The translations under genes were made by a program, and so were the position numbers. Shown piece by piece: positions 37,070-47,224 of a DNA stretch of 64,000 bases. Within the stretch, counting starts at the first letter, position 1, and the number at the start of each line of letters is the position of its first letter. Source of the stretch: Candidatus Thorarchaeota archaeon (GTDB lineage Archaea; Asgardarchaeota; Thorarchaeia; Thorarchaeales; Thorarchaeaceae). The stretch covers positions 1-64,000 of the forward strand of contig JBHLRZ010000015.1 of assembly GCA_048882045.1 (NCBI GenBank), read 5' to 3'. Under the pieces are notes generated by a model. That model searched no databases and was not told the origin of the DNA. It was given only the letters and a program-made list of their open reading frames with translations.

Positions 37070-37402
37070 ATGGAACGAGGATGGGAGCAAGTAGAGAATA
37101 GAGAATCCATGAGAAGCCATTGGTATAGGAACACGAAATATGGCGAAACCTATCACCCCGCTAGTCTATGGGGACGTCTGATAGTCTTGGCCTGCCTTGT
37201 GGTCATGTTCATTCTCTGGGTCACTGACATTGTTCCATACGCTCTGCAGCCAACCGTCATTGCATTACTGGTGACGTTCATGATTGCAGGATTTGTCCTC
37301 ACCTTCGTGGGGTTCTTCAGGTATTATGGAAGAAATGCACTCATTTTCCTATTAGTAGTGATTTCAGTTGCACTAATCATGATCTGGTGTTCAATACCGT
37401 GA
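37070..37402 (+). CDS. Small 3-TM hypothetical protein
   Basis: 110 aa; W....YG..Y.PAS.WG then hydrophobic helices. Confidence 0.6.
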   Translation: MERGWEQVENRESMRSHWYRNTKYGETYHPASLWGRLIVLACLVVMFILWVTDIVPYALQPTVIALLVTFMIAGFVLTFVGFFRYYGRNALIFLLVVISVALIMIWCSIP

Positions 37403-37417
37403 ACTGCTGAGAATGGA

Positions 37418-38623
37418 TTAGGATTCTACTCCGTCAGTAGTATAAGCCCCCACTGCCCTTGCGATCTCTTGGACCTCCTCAGGATGTCCGAATAGAGCAC
37501 AAGGAGTGTCCTCATTTGTGAGGAGATGCTCATTCTCACGGATTGTGGTGAATAAAGGGCTTGCTAGACCATCCCTGAACGATGAAGTGGACAGATTGTG
37601 AGTCGCAAGGTTCGAAACCGGACATGCAGTGAGGTCACCCTGAGGAGTCACATGAGCAAACCCGCGGCCTGCGGACACACAACCACCGAAGTAGTCCTCG
37701 TCACCGGGTGAGTGAATCACATAGAATGAGTTCTTCTTCCGATACTCAAGAACACGAGCTCGGAACTCAGCACGTTCTTCAGGACTCAGCATCAAAGACT
37801 TGTCATAGGCCCCGCAGGAATCTCCTGTGAGGTTCTCTGCCATCACTGGGATGTATTCGATGAAAACACCCACCAAAACTCCGAGCTTTACATAGTGGTC
37901 AAGGTTCTCCTTCTGCATCCAATATCGGTAGTTCTGATTGGTGATTGTCACTGAGATACCAGTAGGGACTCCTGAGGACTTCAGCTTGGACAGGGTCTCG
38001 AGAGCCTTTTTGTGGACTCCTTTGCCTCTCCTAAAGTCAGTCTGGTCCTCACTTCCTTCAACACTGACAATCACAGCGACATTCTTTGTTGAACGTAACC
38101 GTTCGTGATCATTACGCGTGAGGGCTGTCCCATTGCTCAGGATGATGAAGAAATGGTCCTTGAAGGACTCACAGAGTTCCAACAGACCGCGGAAGAGGAA
38201 CGGTTCACCACCAGCGATGATGAATCCAAAGACTCCCTGTTCCGCAGCGTCTCTGATGATGCTATGCCACTGCTTCCAATCAAGTGTTGGTCGCTTCTCA
38301 GAACAGTCTGTTCTGGGTTTGGTATTCAGGGTGCCCACAGCGGCGGCATAGCATCCGGCACAACTTAGGTTACACTTCGATGTGATGCTCAATATCAGGA
38401 AAGGAGGAACTTTGAGTCCCACACTCTCGGCCTCTCTTCGAAGCTTCTCGGTCTTCTTGTAAGACCGGGCAAGTCTGATTCCAGCCCTGATGTACCTTGG
38501 GTTGCGAAAGACCCAAGGTACAAAGAGCTTCGTCATGTTGGGATCCAGTCCATCAAGGACGTTTCCCATGAGTCCGGGGGTAGGTATTCCATTGGCGTAC
38601 TTCTTGACAGTTGTCGTTATCAT
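37418..38623 (-). CDS. Radical SAM protein with C-terminal twitch-like region
   Basis: CNLSCAGCY, GGEPF, GGCVSAGRGFAHV...G....CP. Confidence 0.9.
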   Translation of the reverse strand: MITTTVKKYANGIPTPGLMGNVLDGLDPNMTKLFVPWVFRNPRYIRAGIRLARSYKKTEKLRREAESVGLKVPPFLILSITSKCNLSCAGCYAAAVGTLNTKPRTDCSEKRPTLDWKQWHSIIRDAAEQGVFGFIIAGGEPFLFRGLLELCESFKDHFFIILSNGTALTRNDHERLRSTKNVAVIVSVEGSEDQTDFRRGKGVHKKALETLSKLKSSGVPTGISVTITNQNYRYWMQKENLDHYVKLGVLVGVFIEYIPVMAENLTGDSCGAYDKSLMLSPEERAEFRARVLEYRKKNSFYVIHSPGDEDYFGGCVSAGRGFAHVTPQGDLTACPVSNLATHNLSTSSFRDGLASPLFTTIRENEHLLTNEDTPCALFGHPEEVQEIARAVGAYTTDGVES

Positions 38624-38682
38624 TGTGTATCACACTTGGCGGCGGCGCGTATGCTATTCTTCGTGTCAAAAGTATATAAGAT

Positions 38683-38719
38683 GTTTGGTCAACGCCAAAC
38701 GTTGCAATGGATGCCAAAC
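38683..38719. promoter_or_regulatory. Palindromic operator-like site GTTTGG-N6-CCAAAC plus half site
   Basis: gtttgg-tcaacg-ccaaac beside TATATAAG; near-identical block at 49897-49940. Confidence 0.6.
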
Positions 38720-38791
38720 GTTTAAATATCTTCAAAATTAGATTGAGGACACGCGCCGCCCATGTTTTACATATGGGGGAGATGAAAGACA

Positions 38792-39283
38792 ATGAAAAAG
38801 GTACTAATCCTATATGATACAATGTTTGGGAATACTCGAAAACTCGCCCTAGAGCTCGCTATAGGGATCCAGCAGAACGAAGGTATCACGACCAAGGTTG
38901 GTAATGGCGATACCCTTGAGAAAGAGGAACTGGCAAAGTATGATGCAATCCTCTTCGGTGGTCCCACTCGCGCCTTCAGAGCTACACGAGGTGCAATGAA
39001 CTCCATTAAGGCAGCAGGAGAAATCGGACTCGCTAGGAAGGTCGTTTCAACCTTTGGCACCTATATGGCAGGGAACGAATCCAGAGGTGTGAAGGGAATG
39101 GACAAGAAGCTCCGCAAAGTCGCACGTGATGCCAAGGTGATCAGTCCAGGTTTCTCAGCCAAGGTCGAAAGTCCCAAAGGACCAATCAAATCTGAGGAGA
39201 TTCCTAAGGCTCATGAGTGGGCAAGGAAATTTGGACTGGAGGTCCTCGAATACACAACACAGACTCTGGTACATACTGCATAG
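38792..39283 (+). CDS. Flavodoxin family protein
   Basis: ILYDTMFGNT, YDAILFGGPT, FGTY. Confidence 0.88.
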   Translation: MKKVLILYDTMFGNTRKLALELAIGIQQNEGITTKVGNGDTLEKEELAKYDAILFGGPTRAFRATRGAMNSIKAAGEIGLARKVVSTFGTYMAGNESRGVKGMDKKLRKVARDAKVISPGFSAKVESPKGPIKSEEIPKAHEWARKFGLEVLEYTTQTLVHTA

Positions 39284-39297
39284 AATCTAGAATTGTA

Positions 39298-40128
39298 TTA
39301 GTTAATAACCATCTTTCGGGTGAATTCCAAAGAGGGTTGTTCGGGCTCATCATACACCTCGCGATTCCAATAGAGCTCATCACAGTAGTCCGCAGAAAAT
39401 AGGGTCTGAGTTCTTCGCATTCTTAAACACCAGTCACGACGATTCGTGATGGTCATTCCACTGTAACAGGTTGCATAGTAAGCAAGTTCGTGATCATCTT
39501 GATCCTCGAGTGAATCATAGACAACGCACTTGTCAAATCTCCCAACAAACATGTTTTCATCAAAGTCATGGATTGTGAATGCAAAGCCCCCGCTTTCATT
39601 CATATGTGCCATGTCGTTCCGTATGTCTTTGAATGCATTGATTTCACGAGGCGGTGCATTTCTTGCCTTGTGTTCAACGTAATCTTTCCAAAGTTCAATA
39701 CCTGAATCTCTTCCAGCTAGATTCACAAGTTGGGATATCATCATATAGGAGATTAGATTTTCACTCTTCTCGGCATTAAGAAAGAGAACCTTTGCCTTAC
39801 CATCTTCGATTCTTGAGAGGTTCAGCTGCTCGAGCATAAATCGCACTAAAAGAGAGCTCAGGTTGTATTGTGTACCCCACAGAGGGTGTGTTTCTAAAAT
39901 GACCGTCAATTCGTTCAAGAACTGGTCAATATCTTTGTCTTGAACCTGACTCGATAGAGCTTCGATAAAGCAAGTGGAAAACGGTTCCTGTAATTCCTCG
40001 CTGGACTGCTTTAGAAAATCAAACATTTGCTCCAAACGAACAAGTGATCTCAGGAGAAAATCAGAAACTATGATTTCAGTCGTCGCTTGTGGATTGTAGC
40101 CATTATATGTTTCATAATTGAGATTCAT
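39298..40128 (-). CDS. ATC-hydrolase-like (V4R-related) protein
   Basis: FDKC..YDSL...ELAYYATCY...MRRTQTL...DYCDELYW three-Cys pattern. Confidence 0.7.
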   Translation of the reverse strand: MNLNYETYNGYNPQATTEIIVSDFLLRSLVRLEQMFDFLKQSSEELQEPFSTCFIEALSSQVQDKDIDQFLNELTVILETHPLWGTQYNLSSLLVRFMLEQLNLSRIEDGKAKVLFLNAEKSENLISYMMISQLVNLAGRDSGIELWKDYVEHKARNAPPREINAFKDIRNDMAHMNESGGFAFTIHDFDENMFVGRFDKCVVYDSLEDQDDHELAYYATCYSGMTITNRRDWCLRMRRTQTLFSADYCDELYWNREVYDEPEQPSLEFTRKMVIN

Positions 40129-40244
40129 AGCAATTGGGATTCATTCTTTGATTAAATGCTTACTCTACGGCGCAATGGGTGAAATCCTCAACTGAATCTA
40201 GGAATCGCATTACTTAAGGGTCAGAACCACTTGCAGAGTGGACT

Positions 40245-40934
40245 ATGTCACTAGAACTCTATGGTGCGGCCTTTTGGGTCGTAGCAATCATATCGATAAT
40301 ACTACAAGACAGAAAGGCCGAATCGGGAGAAACAAAGGTAGCAACCATCACAACCTTTGTGAAATTTCTCCCTGCACTGATGGCCGTAGTCTTTGTCCTA
40401 ATCTTCCGATCTCCGACATTCTTCACACTCTTACTCGCAGCAGCACTAGCATTCTGTATGTTGGGAGACATTGGGATGGAGATAGATCTAGTCCCTGGGA
40501 TAGGCATGTTTTTGATTGCTCACATTCTTTACACGTCAAATTTCCTGTGGCATTCCATCATTATGGTTCCAACGACAATCCCATTGCTCCTCGGAGGGGG
40601 ATGCATGGTTCTTGGCATAGTCTTCGTCCTCTTGTTCATCAGATACCTACGTGCTGCAGGACCGGAGATACCGCCATTCATCCTTCGGGCGGGCTCACTC
40701 TATTTCATCATCATATGTGCGACACTCAGTACATCCCTACTACTCTGGCAGTCGACTCCTGCTACTCTTGGATATCTGCCTGTGCTTGGGGCACTCATAT
40801 TCATCGTATCCGACTCCTTCATTGGAGTGAATGAGTTTCGCCGTAAGATACCTCGTCATGAGTTCTACGTAATGCCGACCTATTACATCGCAATATTTCT
40901 ACTGTCACTCAGTGTGTTTGTGTATGGGTTGTAG
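40245..40934 (+). CDS. Lysoplasmalogenase (YhhN/TMEM86 family)
   Basis: K.LP, LAFCMLGD, FLIAHILY, GALIFIVSDS.I, VMPTYYIA. Confidence 0.88.
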   Translation: MSLELYGAAFWVVAIISIILQDRKAESGETKVATITTFVKFLPALMAVVFVLIFRSPTFFTLLLAAALAFCMLGDIGMEIDLVPGIGMFLIAHILYTSNFLWHSIIMVPTTIPLLLGGGCMVLGIVFVLLFIRYLRAAGPEIPPFILRAGSLYFIIICATLSTSLLLWQSTPATLGYLPVLGALIFIVSDSFIGVNEFRRKIPRHEFYVMPTYYIAIFLLSLSVFVYGL

Positions 40935-41012
40935 TTCTAGACTGAAACAGCGTTCCTACATCAAATTGGACATCATACAAGTAGCAAAGTTTGATAAGAA
41001 TACACGCGGAAC

Positions 41013-42284
41013 GTGCCGGAGGGAACGCACGTGAACACTGACGAGCTACTGGAATCACTCGATGCTAAGCTGACTCAGCTTAACTCACAAGAGGAGATTC
41101 AACCGGAGAGCATCCGTCCAGTAGGGATCATGACACGTGAGAGAAGACAGCTGGGAGACCTAGAGAGAGATTTCCAGAAGATTCTTGACACGATAAAGTA
41201 TGATGAGAGAGTTCCCCATCTCCTTACTCGTCTAGCTGACTTGCACCTAAGGGAGGCCAATTATGGACGTGCAATCATCCTCTATGAGATCACGCTTGGC
41301 CTCAACAGCGAGCAGGTCGGGGCTTGGGTCAATATGGGTCTGACCTACCTGCTTGTGGGAGATCCGAAGGATGCAATCAGTTGCCTAGGGAGCGCTTTAG
41401 CAATAGAACCTGAAAACACTCTTGCCATGGTCTACTTAGCGAATGCACAGTTACTCTCGAGTGAACTAAAGAAAAGCAACGAAACCCTAGACCGATTGTT
41501 GCAAATCGATCCCAATATGTCCAGAGCCATGTTGGTGAAAGGGAAATACTACCGAAGGAATGAAGAGCCAGATTTGGCAGTGACTTGGTTAAGACGGGCG
41601 ATAGCTATGAATCCTCAGTTCCTTCCTGCTTTAATGGAACTGGGAAGTGTATATCTCGCCCTCAAGAAGTACGATGAGGCGATTGAAACCCTCGAGAAGG
41701 CTATTGATCTTGATCCTACGCAGGGATATGCATTATCAACGCTTGGAGATGTATACGCGCAGCAACAGGATCTGGAGACTGCTCTCCACTACTACGACAA
41801 AGCTGTGAGCATCAAGTTTGATGATCCAGAGCTTTGGATAAAGAAAGGCGACATTCACAAGGCACTCAAATCGTACCAACAGGCATCCAATGCGTATCAA
41901 AAAGCGATCAATGCCAATCCGGAGCATGTCAATGCCTGGGTGAAGAATGGAGCAGTCATGCTCCTTCTCAATGACGAAGGGACGGCACTCGAGTATCTTA
42001 ATACTGCATTGGCTCTCGAACCAAACAATGCTGATGTTTCACATCAACGTGGTTTGATCTACTACTCTCTGCATAAATACGAGGAGGCATTGGCTGATTT
42101 CGATGCGGCTTTTGCAGTGGACCCTGCAAATCCGATATACCTCTACTATCGTGCTCTAGCGTTAGAGCAACTGAAGAGAGATGCAGATGCGAGACGTACT
42201 TGGCAGGTTGCTCAAAAGCTCTTTTTGGAGATGGGAGATGAAACCAAGGCTGCAGAGTGTTCAGCTAGGATGAAGCGACTTTAG
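41013..42284 (+). CDS. Tetratricopeptide repeat protein
   Basis: About 10 TPRs (AW.N.G..Y...G....A......AL...P). Confidence 0.92.
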   Translation: MPEGTHVNTDELLESLDAKLTQLNSQEEIQPESIRPVGIMTRERRQLGDLERDFQKILDTIKYDERVPHLLTRLADLHLREANYGRAIILYEITLGLNSEQVGAWVNMGLTYLLVGDPKDAISCLGSALAIEPENTLAMVYLANAQLLSSELKKSNETLDRLLQIDPNMSRAMLVKGKYYRRNEEPDLAVTWLRRAIAMNPQFLPALMELGSVYLALKKYDEAIETLEKAIDLDPTQGYALSTLGDVYAQQQDLETALHYYDKAVSIKFDDPELWIKKGDIHKALKSYQQASNAYQKAINANPEHVNAWVKNGAVMLLLNDEGTALEYLNTALALEPNNADVSHQRGLIYYSLHKYEEALADFDAAFAVDPANPIYLYYRALALEQLKRDADARRTWQVAQKLFLEMGDETKAAECSARMKRL

Positions 42285-42288
42285 AAAC

Positions 42289-45200
42289 CTACTCAAAGAC
42301 CTCAGGTAGATCGCTCAGCATCTTCACAGTTTCAACATTGTCAGTGATTACTAAATAGCCTTCTAGCCTCGTGGTTTCGCCAGGCTTGAGGGCCCGTCTC
42401 TCTCGTAGACCAAATGTCTGTGCTTTCTCAGAGAGGGTGTCAACGTATACTACCTCATCCCATTTGTACGCGGAGAGGATTCCCAGTACTGTACCATCGC
42501 TTGGACTCTCATATGCACCCCAGCTGGACCGTCCTGCGAAGAGATCCACCCCGATAGTAGTAGGCTCATAGATAAGTCTCTGGCGTTCCTTCACTGTGTG
42601 AACTCTGCTACACATATCGCCACCAGGTTTCGGAATTCCTTTGAATCCCAAGAGTGGTTTATTCCACTGCTTGCTTGTGTTTGTTACAGAGATATGCACA
42701 TTCGCCAGCGGTGTTCCGGGAAGAAGGAGATAGCGAACTGTGGTCTTCATACCCTTTATCCCTGGACTGTGTGTCAACGTGGATGCGGCTTTGAAACCGA
42801 CCCAGGGTCCGATTTGCTCATTTGAAACCTCCCAGGTTTCTTTTTGAAGTGCTGATTCCCAATCCCAGACGTTCATTCCTATAATCATTGGATTCAGACC
42901 ACTGTAGACCTTGTTCATCCAGACAAAGGGACCTACCTCTGGAAATGTGTCATAGAGGACACTCTCTCCTCCTTCTGCCCCGAATTTGACCAGACTTCCA
43001 CCCTGTTCGGGACATGCTCCAATAGTATAACCTCCAGTGCTCAATGAATGAAGTGTAGCATTCTCAGACTCGGTAACTTTCCTATCGACATCGAGAGAGG
43101 AGTCGAATACTACTGCAGAAAGTGGTGTCCGATATATCCTAGATTTGAAATGAATCACAAGCTCTCCATTCTCCCGTGTCCATGACCCTTCCTTCGAAAC
43201 CCTAATCTTCAGCGGATGCGAGAAGGGTTTGTCCAGTCCTACTTCGTCCACTCTTATCTCAAGTTCACTCCTGGAATTGACAGTGACACCATCTGGGAGT
43301 TTAACAAAGATGACAGCATCCAAAGGGGTTTCATGGATCAGTCGCAGTTGGAGTTCGTAATCGTTTTCCTTTGATTTATCGAGGAGTATTGGACTCGGAG
43401 TCTTTCTACGGAACCCACTCTTTTTGGGAGAGATTTCTACCTCGAGGTCTGAACGAAGGTCAACCATCTCTGTACTTGGTTCCTCTATGCCATTCTGACT
43501 TCGATAGAGTGCTCGGACCTTACGCCAGTCACCATCCCCAATATACATTCTATGAACGACCTTCGTGAGTTTCTCACCAGGATTGAGATCAGGTAGTCTA
43601 TATTCAGCTCTAGAAACATCCCACCCCCTCATGGTCTTGACGTCTTCTGCATGTTCGGAGTCCCAAAGATATCCGATTAGTAGGCGCTCTTGGTGGCGGT
43701 GCATAGCAATCCAAGGTTCATGATATTCCTTGGCTGATTTGGGAAGCTGTCTCCAACCACCCCACTCAACCGATTCTAGGTTGTAGATCTCTCCTCGTAA
43801 AGGCACGAAGCCCTGATCGAATACTCCTCCGAACCATCCAAGAGATCTGAGTCCGAGATTGTCAATCTTTGAGTCTCCGAAATTCTCGAGCTCAGAGATT
43901 GTTTCGATATAGTTGACTCCTGAGTATAGACGATATATCAGGGTTTGACAGAGGCCTGGTCGTTCTTGGAATTCTCCCCTCATTCGTACTTCACAATAAC
44001 CATCTGACGCCTTCATCTCTATCTCTGGAATCAAACGACTCCATTCATCTCCACCTGAAGGAAAAGGATACCCGAGTTCTACACCCAGGATGTGCCAACC
44101 TCCCAAGAGTCTGTTCAAAGGCTTGTAATTGAAAGAACGGAATCCCATTGTTGGGCGTTCATTCATAATCGCGCGAATGCTTTCTGTTTCAAGTATTATT
44201 TTGCCTTCCAGATCCTTATAGACTACTGCACCTTTCACTCCGATTGCTGGGAGGCTTAGATTCTTAGAACTGACCCTTTCTGGAGTTCCTTTGTAATCGA
44301 GGTCAAGGGAGTAATCGATCGATACTAAGTCCCCATCATGGTTCTCGTCAGATATTGTGACTTGCTCCTCGATGGCTTCACCGGGTTCTAACTTGAACTT
44401 GAGTTTCTCAGGAAACAGTGACACACCCTTAGGAGGCGCCAGAACAATCTCACCCTGCTGCTTCTTACTAGTATTGTTACGTGCCCCTAAGCCAATAGTT
44501 ACAGAACCACCCTTTGGAATAGAGGGATAATTTGGCCCAGTAGTTACTGTGATTGCTTCAACAGGGATGAGTCCACTATATAGTGAGATTGTTCGTTCAC
44601 CAAAAGTGAGGGCCCATTCGGCATATGTTGGGACCTTCTCAGAAGCATTTGTTTCACGATCTATAGGACGAGTAGAACTCGAGATTGAGTAGACTCCTGT
44701 TTTACTGAATGACTCACCCAATGCAATCTGGCCTGATGTTGATCCCTCAATCTGGAAGTCAATATCCTTCTCAGGTGTGACTTCAATTGTAAAGTTGAGC
44801 TCTTCGTCAAGATTGTTCTCAATCGTTAGCTCAACTGGGTATTGGCCATATCCAATATACCCAGTGTGATTCTTTGGTCTGACAGAGGCTGATAATGTGT
44901 TCCCATCAAGGGTTAAGAGAAAGGAACAGATGCCCTTGGCCTCCCGATCTATATTGACCGAAAGCAAGTCACCATTCTCACCCTCAAACTGATACTTGAA
45001 GACTCCAATTTCATCCTCGACCACAATATCCGGTTCTTGTGTGATGACTCGTTTGAGAGCGTCATACCATCCATATCTCTCGAAGAATGGTTTGAACAAG
45101 TCGTTCGAGAGGATTCCTGGAATGTGAGATTCCATCAGGACACTTGTTCCGGGAACCCAATTGTATCCTGTTCGCTTATAGAGGGGGACTGCTTTGAGGT

Positions 45201-45621
45201 TTCCAGCCCAGGTGTGAAGGTCGATCCTCCGTTTTCCAGCTGCAGCTGCTGTTTCAGCAGCCTCAATAAGGAGGGCTTTTCCAAACCCTTGTCCTTGAAA
45301 AGCAGGATTGACACCCAAGAGACCCACATAGGCAGCCTCTTTGTCAAGATCTGCATGGCAGATATTGCAGTTTCCTACTATCTTGTCCTCTGTGTGAGCG
45401 ACAAGATTTCGAATGTCCTTTCTTTTCTTCTGGTCGTCAAATACACGCTCCGCTGTAAATGGAGTTCCATGGGTAAACCCATCGGGCCAACTGTCCGAAT
45501 CATCGAACGAGTTCAGGCATTCTGCTAGTCTGCCTGCATCGTCCATGTTCAACTGGAAGTCGCGTACCTTACCTCGTGTATACTTGTCACTCAATCTGGC
45601 TGCCTCCTCAGAAAAGAGCAA
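42289..45621 (-). CDS. Large GNAT-domain protein with multiple beta-sandwich domains
   Basis: LLGVNPAFQGQGFGKAL, LHTWAGNLKAVPLYKRTGY; about 930 aa beta-rich remainder. Confidence 0.85.
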   Translation of the reverse strand: MLFSEEAARLSDKYTRGKVRDFQLNMDDAGRLAECLNSFDDSDSWPDGFTHGTPFTAERVFDDQKKRKDIRNLVAHTEDKIVGNCNICHADLDKEAAYVGLLGVNPAFQGQGFGKALLIEAAETAAAAGKRRIDLHTWAGNLKAVPLYKRTGYNWVPGTSVLMESHIPGILSNDLFKPFFERYGWYDALKRVITQEPDIVVEDEIGVFKYQFEGENGDLLSVNIDREAKGICSFLLTLDGNTLSASVRPKNHTGYIGYGQYPVELTIENNLDEELNFTIEVTPEKDIDFQIEGSTSGQIALGESFSKTGVYSISSSTRPIDRETNASEKVPTYAEWALTFGERTISLYSGLIPVEAITVTTGPNYPSIPKGGSVTIGLGARNNTSKKQQGEIVLAPPKGVSLFPEKLKFKLEPGEAIEEQVTISDENHDGDLVSIDYSLDLDYKGTPERVSSKNLSLPAIGVKGAVVYKDLEGKIILETESIRAIMNERPTMGFRSFNYKPLNRLLGGWHILGVELGYPFPSGGDEWSRLIPEIEMKASDGYCEVRMRGEFQERPGLCQTLIYRLYSGVNYIETISELENFGDSKIDNLGLRSLGWFGGVFDQGFVPLRGEIYNLESVEWGGWRQLPKSAKEYHEPWIAMHRHQERLLIGYLWDSEHAEDVKTMRGWDVSRAEYRLPDLNPGEKLTKVVHRMYIGDGDWRKVRALYRSQNGIEEPSTEMVDLRSDLEVEISPKKSGFRRKTPSPILLDKSKENDYELQLRLIHETPLDAVIFVKLPDGVTVNSRSELEIRVDEVGLDKPFSHPLKIRVSKEGSWTRENGELVIHFKSRIYRTPLSAVVFDSSLDVDRKVTESENATLHSLSTGGYTIGACPEQGGSLVKFGAEGGESVLYDTFPEVGPFVWMNKVYSGLNPMIIGMNVWDWESALQKETWEVSNEQIGPWVGFKAASTLTHSPGIKGMKTTVRYLLLPGTPLANVHISVTNTSKQWNKPLLGFKGIPKPGGDMCSRVHTVKERQRLIYEPTTIGVDLFAGRSSWGAYESPSDGTVLGILSAYKWDEVVYVDTLSEKAQTFGLRERRALKPGETTRLEGYLVITDNVETVKMLSDLPEVFE

Positions 45622-45694
45622 TTTCCTCGCGAAAAAACTTCTTAATAAGGTTTGCGTAAAAAGCGATTAAAATTGGAATAGTTTGGACAACAAA

Positions 45695-46330
45695 CTAATA
45701 TTTGTATTCGTTAGGATGATAGTCTTTCTTGTCTGGTTTATGAGTTCTTCTGTCTAGTTCGATCAGGTGGAGAATGTCAGAATACATTCTGTCGAAAATT
45801 CGATCAGAGATAGTTGTAAAGAACACCCAACACATCATAAAGAGGACAAAGATCAGAACGAATAAGAGGAACAGGAATTCCATAAGGGTAAAAATTGATA
45901 CAACCCCTGGCACTAGTATTGAAGTGATTATAGTCCATGAAAACTGACATACCGGGGTGGCAAGATATCCTGCTATGAGAAATGATAGTTGGTGAGCACG
46001 ATTGAAGCTCAGAAACCTATCATTCTCGAATTCAGGTTGCATCAATATCCTACTCACACGGGATAGGAATACATCCCGATACCAATTGTTTCCTCTAGTC
46101 GCTGAATAGAAGAGTCCAGAAAGAATCAGTAGAACAGGAGTGATTAATCCAGTACCTATCACCCAATGAATCCAATCACCATTGAAACTAAGCATTGAGA
46201 TGATTACAGCCAACATAACATGAGTGCCAAATACGTAGACCTGATGTCCATCTGGTCTAGATGGTTCTATCTCTTTCAAATCAACAACCCATTCCTCTAA
46301 CGACAATTGAAATCCTCCGTGGTTTGCCAA
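45695..46330 (-). CDS. Hypothetical membrane protein (about 4 TM)
   Basis: 211 aa hydrophobic ORF. Confidence 0.55.
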   Translation of the reverse strand: MANHGGFQLSLEEWVVDLKEIEPSRPDGHQVYVFGTHVMLAVIISMLSFNGDWIHWVIGTGLITPVLLILSGLFYSATRGNNWYRDVFLSRVSRILMQPEFENDRFLSFNRAHQLSFLIAGYLATPVCQFSWTIITSILVPGVVSIFTLMEFLFLLFVLIFVLFMMCWVFFTTISDRIFDRMYSDILHLIELDRRTHKPDKKDYHPNEYKY

Positions 46331-46435
46331 TTGGGAAGTTTCTTGTCTTTAACTCATCGATAGTGTGCCGGTCAGGATATTCCTGACTTGGTGGAGTAGC
46401 ATGCACCAGACTGACTTGAAGAATGACTGGAGCAG

Positions 46436-46467
46436 GAAAAAGATAGAGAAGAGGGGAAGAACCCCTC
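46436..46467 (-). terminator. Terminator of the minus-strand ArsR operon
   Basis: GAGGGG-N5-CCCCTC (46451-46467) followed on the minus strand by TTCTCTATCTTTTT. Confidence 0.55.
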
Positions 46468-46471
46468 CCGA

Positions 46472-47224
46472 TTATGTTAGAGTTGCGCTGATACCACCTG
46501 CACTAGTATGAGCAGTAATGGTCAGAGACTGGGGTGCGGTATCATAGTCACTGGTCTCATAGTGTGTAGAGGTCACCTCAGTCCATCCTGCAGCGGTTAT
46601 ATCAACACCACCGAGGCCTGCAGTGCACTCAAAACTACCACCCACATTGGGTGGAAGATCAATGAGGAATGATATTCCTCCAGCTAATTCTTCAAAATCG
46701 AAGGTAGGACTACCGACCAGAATGACATTATCACTCATTTTGAAGCTGATTCCGCCTGCAGTAGATTGGACTGTCACATCACCTATGTGAGCACCATTGT
46801 CCAGATCGATAGAGACTCCGCCAGCCTCGGCATTGATATCAATGGTGTAGTTCACACCAGTCCCAAGAGTGATGTTCACACCAGCAGCTGTGTAGTCAAG
46901 CCCTATTGTGTTACTTGCAAATGTAACAGTGGGTTCACCATCAGTAGCGACTGTGTTATTTTCGACCTCAATATCAATGTCGTACAACAATGTTGCATTA
47001 TCAACGAATGTTAATGTGACTCCTCCAGCATTCAAATCGATGTCAAGGGTCACGGTTCCAGTGGTGGCTCCGACTTCTGCCTCGAAGGCATACTCGGTGG
47101 TTGCTCGTGTCCAGTTCCAGTTGGCCGTCCCATAGTAGGACAAAAGACCTGTAATAACAGCCCCTCCAACGAGGACTACGAATATACAGACAACCATGTT
47201 TGTGTTTCTTTGATAGTTACTCAT
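46472..47224 (-). CDS. Membrane-anchored DUF4097/LiaG-like beta-solenoid protein
   Basis: Start 47224 (MSNYQRN); N-terminal TM; repeated AGG(V/I)x(L/I) motifs. Confidence 0.7.
   Translation of the reverse strand: MSNYQRNTNMVVCIFVVLVGGAVITGLLSYYGTANWNWTRATTEYAFEAEVGATTGTVTLDIDLNAGGVTLTFVDNATLLYDIDIEVENNTVATDGEPTVTFASNTIGLDYTAAGVNITLGTGVNYTIDINAEAGGVSIDLDNGAHIGDVTVQSTAGGISFKMSDNVILVGSPTFDFEELAGGISFLIDLPPNVGGSFECTAGLGGVDITAAGWTEVTSTHYETSDYDTAPQSLTITAHTSAGGISATLT

Noticed and set aside
37418-38623. Second radical SAM as a RiPP maturase
   Set aside because: Lacks the full SPASM Cys set and has no adjacent precursor-like ORF.
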